NCBI GenBank assembly: GCA_965206745.1 | Contig: OZ242220.1 | Location: forward strand, 1,568,001-1,632,000 | Length of the DNA stretch: 64,000 nucleotides | DNA from: Nitrosopumilus sp. | Lineage (GTDB): Archaea > Thermoproteota > Nitrososphaeria > Nitrososphaerales > Nitrosopumilaceae | Reading direction: 5' to 3' | Shown: positions 28,772 through 37,529 of the stretch, piece after piece | Layout of the letters: the number at the start of each line of letters is the position of its first letter | How positions within the stretch are numbered: the stretch's first letter is position 1 | The notes under the pieces: model-generated | What the model saw: the letters and a program-made list of their open reading frames with translations, nothing else | The model's database searches: none | Told to the model about the DNA's origin: nothing | Made by a program: the position numbers and the translations under genes

Positions 28772-29665
28772 TTGAACTATGAGGAACTCGAGCATTTCAT
28801 TTCAGAAAAGATGTCAATGACGCACGTCTACCAGCCAGTCATGATAAAGACCCTCCTAGAGTCAGATAACTGTGCCACAGTGGATGATATTGCAAAAGAG
28901 TTTATCAACTGGGACTACTCGCTGCTGGAATACTACAAGAGGAGGGTCATGGTATGGCCAAAGAGGACGCTGACAGGACACAAGATAGTCAGTTACAGCA
29001 AGAATGTCTTTACTTTACTACTTGATGATGACGTCACACCAGAGCAGAAGAGACACCTAGTCGAGATATGTGACGGCAGAACAGACCAGTACGTTGAGAA
29101 CTATCCTGACCGCCTTGGTACAAAGGCCAACAGGGATGCAACACTCCAGATACAGCGGTATGATATAATGGCCAGGGCAAAGGGGATATGTGCGGCATGC
29201 GGATGCAGAGACAAGGCCCTTGATGTCGACCACATCCTTCCGGTGAACAAGGGCGGGACAGATGAGGCCTCCAACCTGCAGGCCCTGTGCTTTACGTGCA
29301 ACAGGCAGAAGAGGGATCGTGACAAAACGGACTTTGTCATGTGGGCAAAGCGGCTCAAAGACAGGGATTCTGAATGTGCGCTGTGTAACGTGGAACCGAT
29401 AAAATCAAATGAGCTGACATCTACTGTTCGTGCCGTGCAGCCACGCTCCAAGCTGCACTCGCTGGTATTTCCAAAGAGGCATGTGGGTACATTCTTTGAT
29501 ATGATTCCTGCAGAAAGGAACCACTGCCTTGAGATGGTATCTGAAGTGAGGGAGGAGATCATGGAGAGGGACAATACAGTCAGGGGATTCTGCGTAAACT
29601 TTGACTCTGGAAACATTGCAGGCAAGCACCAGCACTGTCATATCCATGTCGTTCCAAGCTACTAG
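28772..29665 (+). CDS. HNH endonuclease fused to a HIT-family nucleotide hydrolase
   Basis: CAACG...DVDHILPVNKGGTDEASNLQALCFTCNRQK (HNH); CALC...HSLVFPKRHV...HCHIHVVP (histidine triad). Confidence 0.85.
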   Translation: MNYEELEHFISEKMSMTHVYQPVMIKTLLESDNCATVDDIAKEFINWDYSLLEYYKRRVMVWPKRTLTGHKIVSYSKNVFTLLLDDDVTPEQKRHLVEICDGRTDQYVENYPDRLGTKANRDATLQIQRYDIMARAKGICAACGCRDKALDVDHILPVNKGGTDEASNLQALCFTCNRQKRDRDKTDFVMWAKRLKDRDSECALCNVEPIKSNELTSTVRAVQPRSKLHSLVFPKRHVGTFFDMIPAERNHCLEMVSEVREEIMERDNTVRGFCVNFDSGNIAGKHQHCHIHVVPSY

Positions 29666-29777
29666 AGGTACGGGTTGGGTCTTTGGATTTTTGAGTGTCA
29701 TTAATGGAGGATAGATTTCATCTGCAAGGATATTCCGGGGAAATTAGCTTGTATGATTAGGATTGATATCAGGGGTT

Positions 29778-30251
29778 TTAGAAATTTTGAGGCTTGCTAG
29801 AGCCAAGAACTGCAAGTGCGGGTTCAATGTCATCACTAGAGTGCCATGCCTCAAAGATATCCCTGTATACCACCATGTTGCCTGGTAATTCGGCTAGTTC
29901 CTCCACATCCTGGGATTTGTTCTCTGGAGTGTCCTTTGACAAATCAAAGAATACCCTCATCACGCTGTGTGGAATGGCAGGATATTTTTGCCCTAGCCGC
30001 TCAAGGTTTTTTGGTGCACTCCATTTTTGCATGAATGCGAGGATTTTGGAATTTCTCCCTGACTTGAGGGTGCTCACCTCAATTATGAACAGGCAGTCCT
30101 CAAATGTAAACAACAGGTCAATTTCACGGGCAGGTTCTGCAACTGACTTTTTAAATTGGGATCTAGAGTCCACAAAGGAGAAACCGATCCTCTCAAGGAA
30201 GACTGCAACCTTGCGCTCATTCTCGTCATTTATTGCAGATGTTTCCAACAT
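29778..30251 (-). CDS. Small PD-(D/E)XK / NERD-like endonuclease-fold protein
   Basis: E.KVAVFLERIGF...REIDLLFTFEDCLFIIEVSTLK. Confidence 0.6.
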   Translation of the reverse strand: MLETSAINDENERKVAVFLERIGFSFVDSRSQFKKSVAEPAREIDLLFTFEDCLFIIEVSTLKSGRNSKILAFMQKWSAPKNLERLGQKYPAIPHSVMRVFFDLSKDTPENKSQDVEELAELPGNMVVYRDIFEAWHSSDDIEPALAVLGSSKPQNF

Positions 30252-30486
30252 CAGAGTTTGGTGTGAGGTGTGTTAAATTACTTTATAATTTGAGAATTTT
30301 TCTTTGATCGGCGTTTTTCTTTAGCGTATAGAATTATCGATGCATCTTTGATTAAACATGAATGAGTATTATTACAAAAATTTGTGCTTAGTTTTTTAAA
30401 TGTCTGATGTTATATCGAATTTTGTCGTAAAATACAAAAAAATCCACACATCCCTATCTGACAACATAGCGATCAGGATTATTTTC

Positions 30487-30676
30487 GGTTCTGTAACATT
30501 AACGGGGGCTAGGCACAAGTAGAAATATGGATCTTATTCCGATTCGCTGAGACCCAGTTACTGCATGTAAAACACCAAATACGGATCTTCGAATTCAAAA
30601 AAAACCCTTCAAATTTGAGATTTTATCAAGTTATCGAGTGTTTAGCACGAAATACGGATATGACTTCTCATAAAAT
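30487..30676 (+). repeat. Left end: TIR plus three subterminal AAATAYGGAT(CTT) repeats
   Basis: agaaatatggatctt (~30521), caaatacggatctt (~30576), gaaatacggata (~30649). Confidence 0.85.
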
Positions 30677-30716
30677 CAGTAAAGTCTAAATCAGGCTAAT
30701 AAAACACATTTGACAC

Positions 30717-32507
30717 ATGCAAGCAAATTATGCAAATATAGCAAAAAAAGGATTAGAGAAAAATCCATCTGAAGGTCAAGTAGAAAAAGATGTGTTATTA
30801 CCATTATTGGAATTAATAGGATATTCCAACATCAAATCCAAACCAACAATAACAACACAGGCAGGTAGAAAAAAACATAAAGGAACCCAAGCTGATTTGG
30901 TTGCATATCAAACTATTGATAAATTACCTACATTGGTAATAGATGCAAAATCACCTAAAGAAGGAATATCTCGGGCAGATCTGCCACAAGTGCAATCGTA
31001 TGCAATAAGTCCAGATATCAAACCTCGTGCAAAATTTGTAATGCTGTCCAGTGGATATGCAACACAAATTTATCCAATAAATTCTGAAGATCCTCTTTTT
31101 ACATCTGATTTACTCTCATTATTTGATAAAATTGAAGAAATTAGAAATATTTTGACTGGAAAAATTTCAACTACTTTAAAACTTGAACAAATTGATATAG
31201 ATAATTTTTTTAGAAATACTCATGATCTAATGTATAGTCAAGATACGATCAAACCTACCCAAGCTCTAATAATTATGACTAAACTAATGTTAATTAAAAT
31301 ACAAGAAGAAAAAGGATTAACAATATCTAGACTGGGATCTATTTTAGATCATAAAAAAAATTATTTTGATTCTACAAAATCATTAAAAGAAAGGAAAGAA
31401 ATTGAAGATAAAATACGAAGTTATGTTAACAACTTACTAACGCATATCAGTACAGATTTACTTCCTAAAGATGATAGATCTATAGGTAGTCACATCAGTA
31501 TGCCCGTTTTGTTTGAAATTGTTGATGGATTATCAAAACATCATATTGGTTCTGTAAAAGCAGATGTTCAAGGTCGTGCTTTTGAGGTATATCTTGGTAA
31601 AACAATGAAGGGAAGAGAACTTGGTCAATATTTTACGCCTAGACAAATTGTAGATTTTATGGTTGATGTAATAAATCCAAACTACAATGATTTAGTAATT
31701 GATCCTTCATGTGGAACAGGTGGTTTTTTAAAACAGGCTTTTTTAAAAATTAGTGATAATCTAGAAAAAGAAAAAATGATTATAGGAAAAGATGCATATA
31801 TAAAGAAAAGAGATTTTTTGCATAAGGAACAGATCTATGGAATAGATAAAGATCCTTTGGGTGTACAATTATCAATGATCAATATGTTCATGTGGGGCGA
31901 CAGTCATTCTCACATTCATAAACATGATGGGTTAATAGACAAAGACAATGAAATTGTTGAAGAGAAATTTAGCATAGTGTTAACTAATCCTCCGTTTGGA
32001 AGTGCATCTGATGTAAAAATTAAAGCCGATAAAATCCCATTGAATTATGATTTGGGTTACAAGTGGAAATTTAATTGTCAAACTAATCTTTATGAGAAAA
32101 CATCAGTAAAACAATCACAAGATGCAGGTATATTATTCTTAGAAAGATGTGTAAAACTTATTGCTCCTAATGGTAAAATAGGGATTGTATTACCGTCAGG
32201 GGTTTTTAACAATAAAACAACCGAATATGTGCGTCAATGGATACAACAGAATATTGATGTCAAATTAGTTGTTAGTTTACCAATTCATACTTTCAAACTA
32301 ACAAACGCTAATAATTTCACAAGTATTCTATTTGGAAAAAGAAAAATTAAACCTAATAACAATATACCAACATATGCTGTATCTATTGCTAATGACATAG
32401 GGTTTGATGATAAGGGAAATACAGTAGATAAGAATAATAATAAAATACATTCTGACTTGGGACAAATTAAAGACTTGTTTTTCAAAAAAGTTGGGTGGGA
32501 AAATTGA
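30717..32507 (+). CDS. Fused restriction endonuclease / N6-adenine methyltransferase (HSDR_N plus N6_Mtase; type IIB/IIG, BcgI-alpha-like)
   Basis: N-terminal ADLVAY...LVIDAKSP nuclease motif; LGQYFTPR, IDPSCGTGGFL (SAM binding), LTNPPFG (catalytic). Confidence 0.9.
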   Translation: MQANYANIAKKGLEKNPSEGQVEKDVLLPLLELIGYSNIKSKPTITTQAGRKKHKGTQADLVAYQTIDKLPTLVIDAKSPKEGISRADLPQVQSYAISPDIKPRAKFVMLSSGYATQIYPINSEDPLFTSDLLSLFDKIEEIRNILTGKISTTLKLEQIDIDNFFRNTHDLMYSQDTIKPTQALIIMTKLMLIKIQEEKGLTISRLGSILDHKKNYFDSTKSLKERKEIEDKIRSYVNNLLTHISTDLLPKDDRSIGSHISMPVLFEIVDGLSKHHIGSVKADVQGRAFEVYLGKTMKGRELGQYFTPRQIVDFMVDVINPNYNDLVIDPSCGTGGFLKQAFLKISDNLEKEKMIIGKDAYIKKRDFLHKEQIYGIDKDPLGVQLSMINMFMWGDSHSHIHKHDGLIDKDNEIVEEKFSIVLTNPPFGSASDVKIKADKIPLNYDLGYKWKFNCQTNLYEKTSVKQSQDAGILFLERCVKLIAPNGKIGIVLPSGVFNNKTTEYVRQWIQQNIDVKLVVSLPIHTFKLTNANNFTSILFGKRKIKPNNNIPTYAVSIANDIGFDDKGNTVDKNNNKIHSDLGQIKDLFFKKVGWEN

Positions 32508-33958
32508 GTAGAGAATTAGTATTTGTTATATCGAAACCCACATTTCTTTATGAAAAAATGGATGCAAATTTCCTTCATCCAGAAAGAATAGAAACTATCA
32601 AAAAATTACAAGATATGGAAAAAAATGGAATAATTGAAATGAAACAATTAACGAAAATTGTAAAAAATATTAAAAAAAGGAGTCCTGAAAATGAAAAAAT
32701 AATATTGCCATGCATAGAATTAGCAGATATTCAACGTGATTATGGTCTCATTAATGTAAAACAGAGAACCATTAAAGATGCTGGAACATCTACAATATTC
32801 TGTGAAGGCAACAATATTTTGTTTTCGCGTTTGAGACCATACTTGAACAAAGTTGCATTAATTCCACCATCTATCAAACAAGCAATATGTTCAGGAGAAT
32901 TTTTTGTTTTTTCTAGAATAGACAAAACAATTCCTTTAGGTTATCTTTGGTTAGTATTACGATCTAATTTTATATTGAATCAAAGTATTCATTTGCCAAC
33001 TGGTTCATTACGCCCACGCATAGATGAAGATGATCTAAGTGACATAATAGTACCGCTTATTGTAGATAAAAAAAGGATTAAGGAGATTGATACACTTGTA
33101 CAAAAAGGACTTGGCGATTATTTTTCTGCTTCGAAAAATCTTAATACAGTAGAATCAAATTATTATAATTCAATTTCATTACCACCTCTATCAAAACCCC
33201 CAAAATTATTTTTTGCCATGTCAAATCTACCATCTGATTGTAAAAGACCATCCTATAGAATGGATCCATTATTCTTTCACTCACATTATTACGATAATTT
33301 GAAGCAAATCTTACATAAATGGGCAAAAGATCAAAGTGGTGAAATAAAAGAATTAGAGGATTTAGCAATTTCTATTGTAAGATGGAAATCTAAAGTTAGA
33401 GGTAAGATAGGCTCAACACCTAGATTAGGAGTTACTAACGTTACTAATCGAGATATTTTATGGGATTGTGATTATGTGGATGTGGAATTTCATCAAAATA
33501 ATTTTATGTTGCAGAAAAATGACTTATTGATTAGTTCTACAGGAATAGGTTCTACATGTAAAGTAGAAATTTATGATGAAAAACAACCAGCTATAACCGA
33601 TGGACATATAACAATTATACGACTAAAACCAGACATTGATCCTTATTTCTTGTTAGTTTATTTACGTTCTGAATATGGACAGAGACAATTAGCAAGAATG
33701 GAACGTGGTACAAGTGGTCAAATTGAAATTTATGCAGATGATGTAAAAAAACTATTGGTACCTTTTCATAAAAATAAAAAATTCATTTCCAAGGCTAAAC
33801 AAGAAATAAAAAATATGTCAAGCACAATTATTAATGCAAAAAAGAAATTGAATGAAGCAATGTATTTACTTGATGCATCATTTAAGAATGAAAAACCCAT
33901 AGATTTCAAAAAATTAGATACAGCTATTCCTAAAAAAGAATGGAGAATTTCACGATAA
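32495..33958 (+). CDS. hsdS: Restriction-modification specificity (S) subunit with two TRDs
   Basis: ILFSRLRPYLNKVALI...CSGEFFV, YRMDPLFF, NDLLISSTGIGS...GHITIIR...PYFLLVYLRS..GQ.Q; overlaps the RM gene stop. Confidence 0.85.
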   Translation: MGKLSRELVFVISKPTFLYEKMDANFLHPERIETIKKLQDMEKNGIIEMKQLTKIVKNIKKRSPENEKIILPCIELADIQRDYGLINVKQRTIKDAGTSTIFCEGNNILFSRLRPYLNKVALIPPSIKQAICSGEFFVFSRIDKTIPLGYLWLVLRSNFILNQSIHLPTGSLRPRIDEDDLSDIIVPLIVDKKRIKEIDTLVQKGLGDYFSASKNLNTVESNYYNSISLPPLSKPPKLFFAMSNLPSDCKRPSYRMDPLFFHSHYYDNLKQILHKWAKDQSGEIKELEDLAISIVRWKSKVRGKIGSTPRLGVTNVTNRDILWDCDYVDVEFHQNNFMLQKNDLLISSTGIGSTCKVEIYDEKQPAITDGHITIIRLKPDIDPYFLLVYLRSEYGQRQLARMERGTSGQIEIYADDVKKLLVPFHKNKKFISKAKQEIKNMSSTIINAKKKLNEAMYLLDASFKNEKPIDFKKLDTAIPKKEWRISR

Positions 33959-34011
33959 ATATTGCATTGAGAAATTGCTACGTGTCTTCACTTTCTCGTG
34001 GGCATTTTTAA

Positions 34012-34058
34012 GGCTCTGATCAAATATGGTAATCAGATCACCGTTTGTGACCCGAACC
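34012..34058 (+). repeat. Palindromic ~47-bp intergenic repeat, copy D (inside the IS6 element, just after the R-M cargo)
   Basis: GGCTCTGATCAAATATGGTAATC-A-GATCACCGTTTGTGACCCGAACC; 34/38 identical to copy G. Confidence 0.85.
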
Positions 34059-34084
34059 AGTAGATAAAATATCAGTTAACTTGT

Positions 34085-34255
34085 TCATATTCCGCTCTTC
34101 ACGATAATCTTTTTCCCATCTATTACAAACTGAACAGAGTCAGGGTTATCCAAAAATTCCAATATGGGTTTTGGTACTCTGCAAATTGTACTATGCCTTC
34201 CATCATCAGACAGTTTTACAGAAAATATGGTTTCATCTTTTTTCCAGCGTGTCAA
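34085..34255 (-). CDS. Small AbrB/MazE-like DNA-binding protein (56 aa, not in ORF track), divergent from the transposase
   Basis: TTG start; (M)TRWKKDETIFSVKLSDDGRHSTICRVPKPILEFLDNPDSVQFVIDGKKIIVKSGI, swapped-hairpin-like xPKxI...V.F...G.KI.V pattern. Confidence 0.65.
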   Translation of the reverse strand: MTRWKKDETIFSVKLSDDGRHSTICRVPKPILEFLDNPDSVQFVIDGKKIIVKSGI

Positions 34256-34355
34256 CAATTCAACGAATATTCAATATTATAAAAATTAACCGATCGCTTA
34301 GTTTTGCATACGGTTAACAGTAAGCATTAAATAAGCATACGGATAATATAACTAC

Positions 34356-34499
34356 ATGAAGCAAAGAGCGAGACAAACAATGAAGAAGACAAAAAATTCA
34401 GAGGGAAATTCACTCCCAATGATGAATCTGGCGTTACCCGAGTTCTTGAATCTCTTTGCTTTTTCCACTTTATTAATTTTCAAGAGGTCTTACGCATGA
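34356..34499 (+). CDS. 47-aa leader ORF translationally coupled to the transposase
   Basis: MKQRARQTMKKTKNSEGNSLPMMNLALPEFLNLFAFSTLLIFKRSYA; its stop overlaps the transposase ATG (ATGA); TATA-like ttaaata at ~34327. Confidence 0.4.
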   Translation: MKQRARQTMKKTKNSEGNSLPMMNLALPEFLNLFAFSTLLIFKRSYA

Positions 34500-35629
34500 A
34501 CAAAAGAGCTCGAAGAGCAAATCAGATCATGGAACTGCCAAACTTATTTGTCATACTCAGGAAAGGGGAGTATCAGGTAAGATCACAGTTTAATCATGAT
34601 TTATCCTACATTGTAAAAAGCACAGGTTTGGGTCTGGTGTGTGAGTGTCCAGATCACCAAAGACGAAGGTCCGACTGCAAGCACATCAAGGTGGTTCTAT
34701 GTCACATCAAGGAAAACAAGATTGAAAACAATGCCTTTAGAATGATGGAGAGAAACGAGGTAAAAATATGCAGATACTGTGATTCTGGAAACATCAAGAA
34801 AAATGGTATTGCAAGAAACAAATTAAGAAATATTCAGATGTTCAAATGCAGAGATTGTGGTAAGAAATTCCGAGATAATCTTGGATTTGAGAGAATGAGG
34901 CATGATCCAACTGTTATAATTCAAAGTATAAGAAAATTGAACTCAAAAATGTCCACAAGGGCAATAGCAGATGATTTTGAGCAGGACAATAGGACTCTAT
35001 CTCATATGAGTGTGTATCGCTGGATAGGAAAATATTCTAATCTGATATTTGATTATGCAAGAACAATAACCCCAAGACTATCTGAAAAATGGAGAACTGA
35101 TGAATTGTACGCAAAATTCAGCGGTAAGGGAAAATGGGTCTATACCATGATGGATGATGAAACCCGATTCATGATTTCCCAACAAATTTCAGATACAAAA
35201 TATACAGAAGATGTAACCCCCATGTTTAGGGATGCGAGTAAATGGGCAGGTATGATTCCCCATACTTTGATTTCTGATGGAGCTCCAAACTTTCACAACA
35301 TATGGAAATTGGAATGGAGACAAAAAAATCAATATCGAAAACTGACTTCACATATTCGTCATATTCATCTTGCAGGAGATATGAACAATAACAAGATGGA
35401 AAGACTGAATGGAACAATGAGGGATTGGGAACAAACCAGACGAGGTCTGAAAAAGATGAATAGTCCCATGTTCAAGGGATTTATGATTTTTTATAATTTT
35501 GTCAAGAAACATGGGGGACTGGATGGAAAAACACCGGCAGAAGAAGCCTTGATTCACGTTATTGGGAAAAATAAATTACTGACCCTGATTCAAAATGCAA
35601 GTTTGGAGAAAAGCAGAAATGCCTTTTAG
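34496..35629 (+). CDS. tnp: IS6-family (IS240-type DDE) transposase with N-terminal SWIM and zinc-ribbon domains
   Basis: CECPD...CKH (SWIM); CRYC...CRDC; SHMSVYRWI (HTH); WRTDELY...WVYTMMD...ISDG...NNNKMERLNGT (DDE). Confidence 0.92.
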   Translation: MNKRARRANQIMELPNLFVILRKGEYQVRSQFNHDLSYIVKSTGLGLVCECPDHQRRRSDCKHIKVVLCHIKENKIENNAFRMMERNEVKICRYCDSGNIKKNGIARNKLRNIQMFKCRDCGKKFRDNLGFERMRHDPTVIIQSIRKLNSKMSTRAIADDFEQDNRTLSHMSVYRWIGKYSNLIFDYARTITPRLSEKWRTDELYAKFSGKGKWVYTMMDDETRFMISQQISDTKYTEDVTPMFRDASKWAGMIPHTLISDGAPNFHNIWKLEWRQKNQYRKLTSHIRHIHLAGDMNNNKMERLNGTMRDWEQTRRGLKKMNSPMFKGFMIFYNFVKKHGGLDGKTPAEEALIHVIGKNKLLTLIQNASLEKSRNAF

Positions 35630-35870
35630 ATGTCGAATTTGCCTCATAGGCTATGATGATAGTCAGAAGGCAGATAGCCTGGTGGTCATGGGAATTCTAA
35701 CTCACAGATGCAAGGAGTGTGTGAGAACAGGCAACACAGAAGCAAATACAACTCATTGTAGATTTTGTGATGAAAAACACAATAATCTACAAGATTTTGA
35801 TTGTGGAGAGAATATTGTACCTCTTTGTAAGAGATGTTATGATGAAGAAACCGTGAAACTTGGAAAATAA
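35619..35870 (+). CDS. Small zinc-finger protein with four CxxC motifs
   Basis: MPFRCRIC...CKEC...CRFC...CKRC; overlaps the transposase stop. Confidence 0.65.
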   Translation: MPFRCRICLIGYDDSQKADSLVVMGILTHRCKECVRTGNTEANTTHCRFCDEKHNNLQDFDCGENIVPLCKRCYDEETVKLGK

Positions 35871-35894
35871 TTAATTCTTGTTTGAGAATCGATT

Positions 35895-36093
35895 TGAGGC
35901 AAGATCCGTGTTTGCAGAACCAGTCTCATCTCATATCAACTTGACAGAAAATCCTCGATTTTAGGATTTTTTGAATTAGAAGAAGATCCGTATTTGGTGT
36001 TTTACATGCCATGAGTTGATTAATTCAAGGATTTGAATTGGAATAAGATCCGTATTTCTACTCATGTCTAGCCCCCGTTAATGTTACAGAACC
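35895..36093 (-). repeat. Right end: three inverted subterminal repeats plus TIR
   Basis: aagatccgtgttt (~35901), aagatccgtatttggtgttttacatgc (~35983), aagatccgtatttcta (~36045). Confidence 0.85.
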
Positions 36094-36137
36094 TTATTTT
36101 CAACAACTTTAAATCTTTGAAGGTAACTTATACTAGT

Positions 36138-36458
36138 ATGAGTGATTCTGAAGGACACAAAAATAGAGCAAAGCATTTTTCAGAACAAGTAAAGGCTAAA
36201 CTTGAAAATGAATTTGGCTCCAAAGTTGATTGGGAGGGTGATTCTCCGCCAAGTCTACAGTTTACCATAAAGACTGGCAAAAGTTATGAGATGAGACTAG
36301 AATACAATCAAACCGAAGACTCGTTTGAATTATATGATAAAGATGCCAAAACTCAAAGAAATGAAACACTTGGCAAGTTCTCACCTGCAAATGTCACAGA
36401 TCCAAAAGATACAACCGCCTCAGATGTTGTAGAAGCAGTAAAGAAACATGCAATTTGA
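36138..36458 (+). CDS. Hypothetical protein (106 aa)
   Basis: ORF from ATG 36138 (MSDSEGHK...). The longer track start at 36081 lies inside the IS TIR. Confidence 0.6.
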   Translation: MSDSEGHKNRAKHFSEQVKAKLENEFGSKVDWEGDSPPSLQFTIKTGKSYEMRLEYNQTEDSFELYDKDAKTQRNETLGKFSPANVTDPKDTTASDVVEAVKKHAI

Positions 36459-36586
36459 AGAATATTTTTTTAGATTTAAAAAATTATAGACATTATCATC
36501 CATGATCCATTTTATGAAACCGTTGCATGCTGGAATTTCCCTTCACAACATATCAAGATATTAGTCATTAGTGTCTGAAAAAAACG

Positions 36587-37438
36587 ATGCGCAGGCACTC
36601 CAAACATCCTGAATTTGTAAATTTGGAGAAGATTGTCTGGGAGGGCCTAAACAACATCGGCAGGACCATACCGCAAATAGAAAAACAAGAGGATAAAACT
36701 ATCAAAATCAGCCCTGAGCAGAAATCATCTATAAACGACCCAATCTGGCACACCAAGCCCGAGTTGGATCAGTATGTCGCAAAAGAACTGGGATTGGTAT
36801 TAAAGGACTATGGAGATAACACAAAGACAAACGCGCTTTACAATGCAGTCGTATCTGAAGTGCGCAGATTACGAAAATGCAACATCCTCATAGACTGGCA
36901 TCTGACTGAAAGCAAGAAAAGAGGAATGGGCTTGTGGAGATTGGACAAAACAAAGCTTGAAAAATTTGTACACCGGCGCGCAGATCAAGAGATGAGGGAG
37001 AGCAACTTTTATTCGAATGGCAAGACCTCGATGATCTTTGTAAGGCAAAAGCAGGTCGCCTTTAGAAAAAAGTTGCTTGGAGAATATGGCAAGTGCGCAT
37101 TATGCGGATTCAAGCTTCCAGACTACATGATTGGGGCCCACATCGTACCCTATTCAGTGATGAGAAGAGAGGATGCGGCAAATGCAATGAATCCTGCCAA
37201 CGGGCTGCTGCTGTGCAGACTCTGCGATGTCGCATTTGAAAAGGGATCCATAACACTAGAGTCGGATTTGGGAATAACAATATCTGACTATCTGGCTGAG
37301 CAGGAGAGTCCTGCTGTAAGGTCCTGGCTTGGGCCGATTCCGGCAGAACTGCGCATCAGGGCAGATGCAAAGTATCCTCCGGATCCCAGCTATCTGAAAT
37401 GGAAGAAGAGGTTGCTTGCCAGTGCATGCTTGAATTAG
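36587..37438 (+). CDS. HNH endonuclease (HNH_2, type IV restriction-like)
   Basis: RQKQVAFRKKLLGEYGKCALCG...GAHIVPYS...NPANGLLLCRLCDVAFEKG. Confidence 0.85.
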   Translation: MRRHSKHPEFVNLEKIVWEGLNNIGRTIPQIEKQEDKTIKISPEQKSSINDPIWHTKPELDQYVAKELGLVLKDYGDNTKTNALYNAVVSEVRRLRKCNILIDWHLTESKKRGMGLWRLDKTKLEKFVHRRADQEMRESNFYSNGKTSMIFVRQKQVAFRKKLLGEYGKCALCGFKLPDYMIGAHIVPYSVMRREDAANAMNPANGLLLCRLCDVAFEKGSITLESDLGITISDYLAEQESPAVRSWLGPIPAELRIRADAKYPPDPSYLKWKKRLLASACLN

Positions 37439-37529
37439 AACGGATTTTGGTGAATCTTTGGAATGTGCGTTTTTTGTAGGGTACAATAAAATAACTCTTA
37501 ATAATATATGAGCGTCTGATGAATCGTGT

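Larger units (their letters stand above)
30487..36093 (+). mobile_element. Intact 5607-bp IS6-family cargo transposon carrying a restriction-modification system
   Basis: 26-bp perfect TIR GGTTCTGTAACATTAACGGGGGCTAG at 30487-30512 and inverted at 36068-36093; 8-bp direct repeat TTATTTTC at 30479-30486 and 36094-36101; IS6-type DDE transposase inside. Confidence 0.93.

Noticed and set aside
36081-36137. Track start of the 125-aa ORF
   Set aside because: The ATG lies inside the IS6 TIR; the downstream ATG at 36138 is more plausible.
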